A program made the position numbers and the translations under genes. A model generated the notes under the pieces. The model had not been told where the DNA came from and did not search any database. It was given only the letters and a program-made list of their open reading frames with translations. From Octopus sinensis (lineage: Eukaryota), in assembly GCF_006345805.1 (NCBI RefSeq), contig NW_021827345.1:1-10674 (forward strand): a stretch of DNA of 10,674 nucleotides. The letters run 5' to 3'. The first letter of the stretch is position 1; the number at the start of each line of letters is the position of its first letter. This document shows positions 8,000 to 10,674 of the stretch, in pieces.

Positions 8000-8041
8000 G
8001 AATTATGTTTTATTATTTCTTAATGAAGTCATTTCGGGTTT
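8000..8041 (+). other. Candidate 42-bp internal microexon of an unidentified host gene
   Basis: Branch-like CTAAT at 7965-7969, an AG-free pyrimidine-rich tract, acceptor AAACAG|G at 7999/8000 and donor TTT|GTAAGT at 8041/8042. Length is a multiple of 3. Two frames are open (NYVLLFLNEVISG; IMFYYFLMKSFRV). Confidence 0.5.
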
Positions 8042-8111
8042 GTAAGTGAGTTACAAAAGCACTGGATTAAGTTATAATATTTAATCAAAGAAAGAGAAAA
8101 AAAAAAGAAGG

Positions 8112-8294
8112 CACACACATACACACACATGTATGTACGTATATATATATATATATACATATATATAAACACACACACACATATATGTATATCTATCGAT
8201 CTATCTATCTTTCTATCTACCTATCTATCTTCTATCTATTTAACTATCTATTTATCCATCTATCAATCCATATATCTATCTATCTCTCTATCTA

Positions 8295-8331
<37 letters not shown>

Positions 8332-8337
8332 TATATA
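8112..8337. repeat. Compound (CA)n/(TA)n/(TATC)n microsatellite
   Basis: Directly visible. Confidence 0.93.
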
Positions 8338-8521
8338 GAGGGCATTATTACACATAAATGCCTCACACTAAGAGGGACATAAGTCATTTCTACCATATAA
8401 TATAATTTTATGTTCAAAAGAAAAAAATTATTTTCGAATTTTTTCTCTTATGAGGTTTTCCACGCTATCTACCTGATAATTTCTTGTTAAGATTCCTTAT
8501 TAAGAAGTTATCCTTAATTGT

Positions 8522-8524
<3 letters not shown>

Positions 8525-8575
<51 letters not shown>

Positions 8576-8602
8576 ATATATGTGTGTGTGTGTATATATA
8601 TA
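8525..8602. repeat. (TA)n then (TG)n microsatellite
   Basis: Directly visible. Confidence 0.95.
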
Positions 8603-8603
8603 A

Positions 8604-8790
8604 TCTTTTAATGTTCCACCCACTCGATGGTCGCCTTTGAAGGATTTTAGTCGAACGAAACAAAGGCAATATTTATTAACTGTATGTAAAAGCGTGGTAC
8701 TTATTCTCTTGTGCTGGAACGTAATGTTGCAGGACGTAAACACACATAGACCGGATGTCAAAAGCAGGTGGTAGCAGACAAACATATACA
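8604..8790 (-). mobile_element. Diverged 3' half of the same SINE family as 6938-7387, inverted
   Basis: The minus strand TGTCT..ACCACC..TTGACATCCGG..GTTTACGT..CCAGCACAAGAGAATAAGTACCACGCTTT aligns by eye with 7181-7283 (TGTCT..CACCAC..TTGACACTCGG..GTTTATGT..CCAGCAAAAGAG..AATAAGTATTAGGCTTT). Confidence 0.6.
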
Positions 8791-8800
8791 AAGAAACGTT

Positions 8801-8870
8801 TATATACATATATATACTCACACACACACACACATATATGTGAGTGTGTGTGTGTATATATATATATATA
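8801..8870. repeat. (TA)n/(CA)n/(TG)n/(TA)n compound microsatellite
   Basis: Directly visible. Confidence 0.9.
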
Positions 8871-9584
8871 CAGAAAATGCTAAAATAATTTTATCATGAA
8901 GAACATTTTAGTACTGGTTTCAGTTTTGCGAGAAAGACAATAAAATTCTGGAAAAATTAAATGAAACGTTTTTAAAAATATTTCCATAGACCTCAAATGC
9001 AAGGGATATTTTCCTTTTTTCACTCTGTCTCTGTTACTCTATTTTACTCACCTGAGATCTTGGTAGCAGGTACTGGGTAGTAGTAGTGGTAGTGGGGCTG
9101 AACCCGGAAATATGTGGTTGGGAAGCAAGCTTCTTACTTCAGGGAGGTGCTGCAAAGGTACGCAAGGTAGGCAGTGCCTACCTTGAATAAAATAGATCGA
9201 TAGCAGCATTTTCCTCACATGGCAAAATACGTAACTAATTCAATATAATTATGAAGGTTAGCCTGATTACTGTGCATAAAATGCAGAATGTTTTAGTTTT
9301 TTGCATAATTCGCCCCTGCTTTTCAATCTCAGTATTTAAGCTACGCAGAGTACTGCTGTTGTACACGTTTAGAGCACATTTCTACAACAACGTGTCCATT
9401 ACGTGCTATAAAGGCAGAAATAGATCTACCTACCAAGCACTCCTGAGCCTGTGTTTCGGTAATTTTTATGCGTTTAGTAAAACACGTATATATTTATATT
9501 TTTCAAGAATTTAATTGTTTTTCTCGCAAAACTGAAACCAGTACTAAAATGTTCTTCATGATAAACTTATTTTTGTATTTTCTG
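8871..9584. mobile_element. MITE / non-autonomous DNA transposon with long TIRs
   Basis: 8871-8957 is the reverse complement of 9498-9584 (81/87 by hand, including a 46-bp perfect run). Ends are CAG...CTG. No coding capacity. The left flank is TA but the right flank is CC, so the TSD is not confirmed. Confidence 0.8.
9091..9138 (-). mobile_element. SINE tRNA-head fragment inside the MITE
   Basis: The minus strand reads GTAAGAAGCTTGCTTCCCAACCACATATTTCCGGGTTCAGCCCCACT, containing the B-box-like GGTTCAGCCCC. It starts at the GTAAG that follows the A-box in the copy at 6938. Confidence 0.6.
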
Positions 9585-9603
9585 CCTTGACTTACTTTGC
9601 TTT

Positions 9604-9639
<36 letters not shown>

Positions 9640-9652
9640 ATATAATATATAT
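9604..9652. repeat. (TA)n microsatellite
   Basis: Directly visible. Confidence 0.95.
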
Positions 9653-9703
9653 GTAATGGGCGCCAACTGCTTATTCAGAGGTTACTGTCGGCACGTGCCT
9701 GAT

Positions 9704-9754
9704 ACACACACACACACACCCACACACACACACACACCACACACACACACACAC

Positions 9755-9811
<57 letters not shown>

Positions 9812-9826
9812 GGATGATAAATAGAC

Positions 9827-9857
<31 letters not shown>

Positions 9858-9865
9858 CAGACAGA
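9704..9865. repeat. Compound (CA)n/(TA)n/(TAGA)n/(CAGA)n microsatellite
   Basis: Directly visible. Confidence 0.95.
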
Positions 9866-10039
9866 TCGACAGTAAGGGATTACCCCCAAAAGATTGCCAG
9901 CTTGCTCACAGTTATTCAACATATGTTACTCGACAGTTAAGGTATAATTCCAATAAAGCTCTATGTAAAGCTTTATACGAATTAAACAATTATACCTAAT
10001 GCTACACAACCCCGTAGTAGTCGTTATTACTATTGCAAA

Positions 10040-10653
10040 CATATAATAAACATATACATATGTATATATAAACATACATATATGTAAATATATATGCATA
10101 TATATGTATATATATATATATGTATATACATATGTACATATACATATATACATACATGTACCTATATATATCCATATACATGCATATATATATATACATA
10201 GATATCTATTTACTTATATATACATATGTATATATACATATATATTTATACATATATATATATAATACATATACATACATATATATACATGTATATACAT
10301 ACATGTAGATGTATACATATATATACATATAAGTATATACATATAAATATATATACATACATATATATATATATATCTACATATATATATAAATATATAT
10401 AAATATACATACATATAAGTATATATATATATATATGTATATACGTATATACATGTATATATATATATATATATACATGCATAAATATACATATATCTAT
10501 TCACATATACATATACACATATATATATATACACGTATATATATGTAATATACACACACATATATATATACACATCAATATTTATACTTGTATATAGATA
10601 TATAAATATACATATACATACATATATATAGGTATATATATACATATGTACAT
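10040..10653. repeat. About 610-bp degenerate (TA)/(TACA)/(TATG) low-complexity tract
   Basis: Directly visible. It accounts for all the Y/I/M/C-rich ORFs here. Confidence 0.95.
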
Positions 10654-10674
10654 AGTCAATTCAAAAAGAAAGAC

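Noticed and set aside
2202-10645. Many tracked ORFs rich in YI, HT, VC, LSIY repeats
   Set aside because: They are translations of (TA)n, (CA)n, (TG)n and (TATC)n microsatellites, with no coding signal.
1-10674. CRISPR array, operon or prokaryotic defence system
   Set aside because: No regularly spaced repeats with unique spacers and no gene cluster. The sequence is eukaryotic repeat-rich DNA.

Overview
Repeat-rich, AT-rich animal (eukaryotic) DNA, most likely an intron or intergenic region. The SINE families and microsatellite style resemble, from recall only, octopus/coleoid cephalopod genomes. No complete protein-coding gene, rRNA, tRNA gene or CRISPR array is present. The only clear protein homology is the 3' end of a CR1-clade LINE ORF2 (about 827-1615). 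This 5'-truncated copy has an open frame, a 3' stem-loop, a (TAAC)n tail and a candidate 6-bp TSD. It is nested in a ~2.2-kb element bounded by 59-bp inverted repeats, with GG..CC ends and an AT target duplication (ISL2EU-like non-autonomous DNA transposon, inferred). Also present: a 714-bp MITE with 87-bp TIRs, a 169-bp inverted-repeat mini-element, several tRNA-derived SINE copies (one with an 11-12 bp TSD), two degenerate hammerhead-ribozyme-like motifs, many compound microsatellites, and a candidate 42-bp + strand microexon (8000-8041) with canonical splice signals. I found no convincing novel multi-gene system. The most interesting signals are the nested mobile elements and the candidate microexon. 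All alignments and counts were done by eye.
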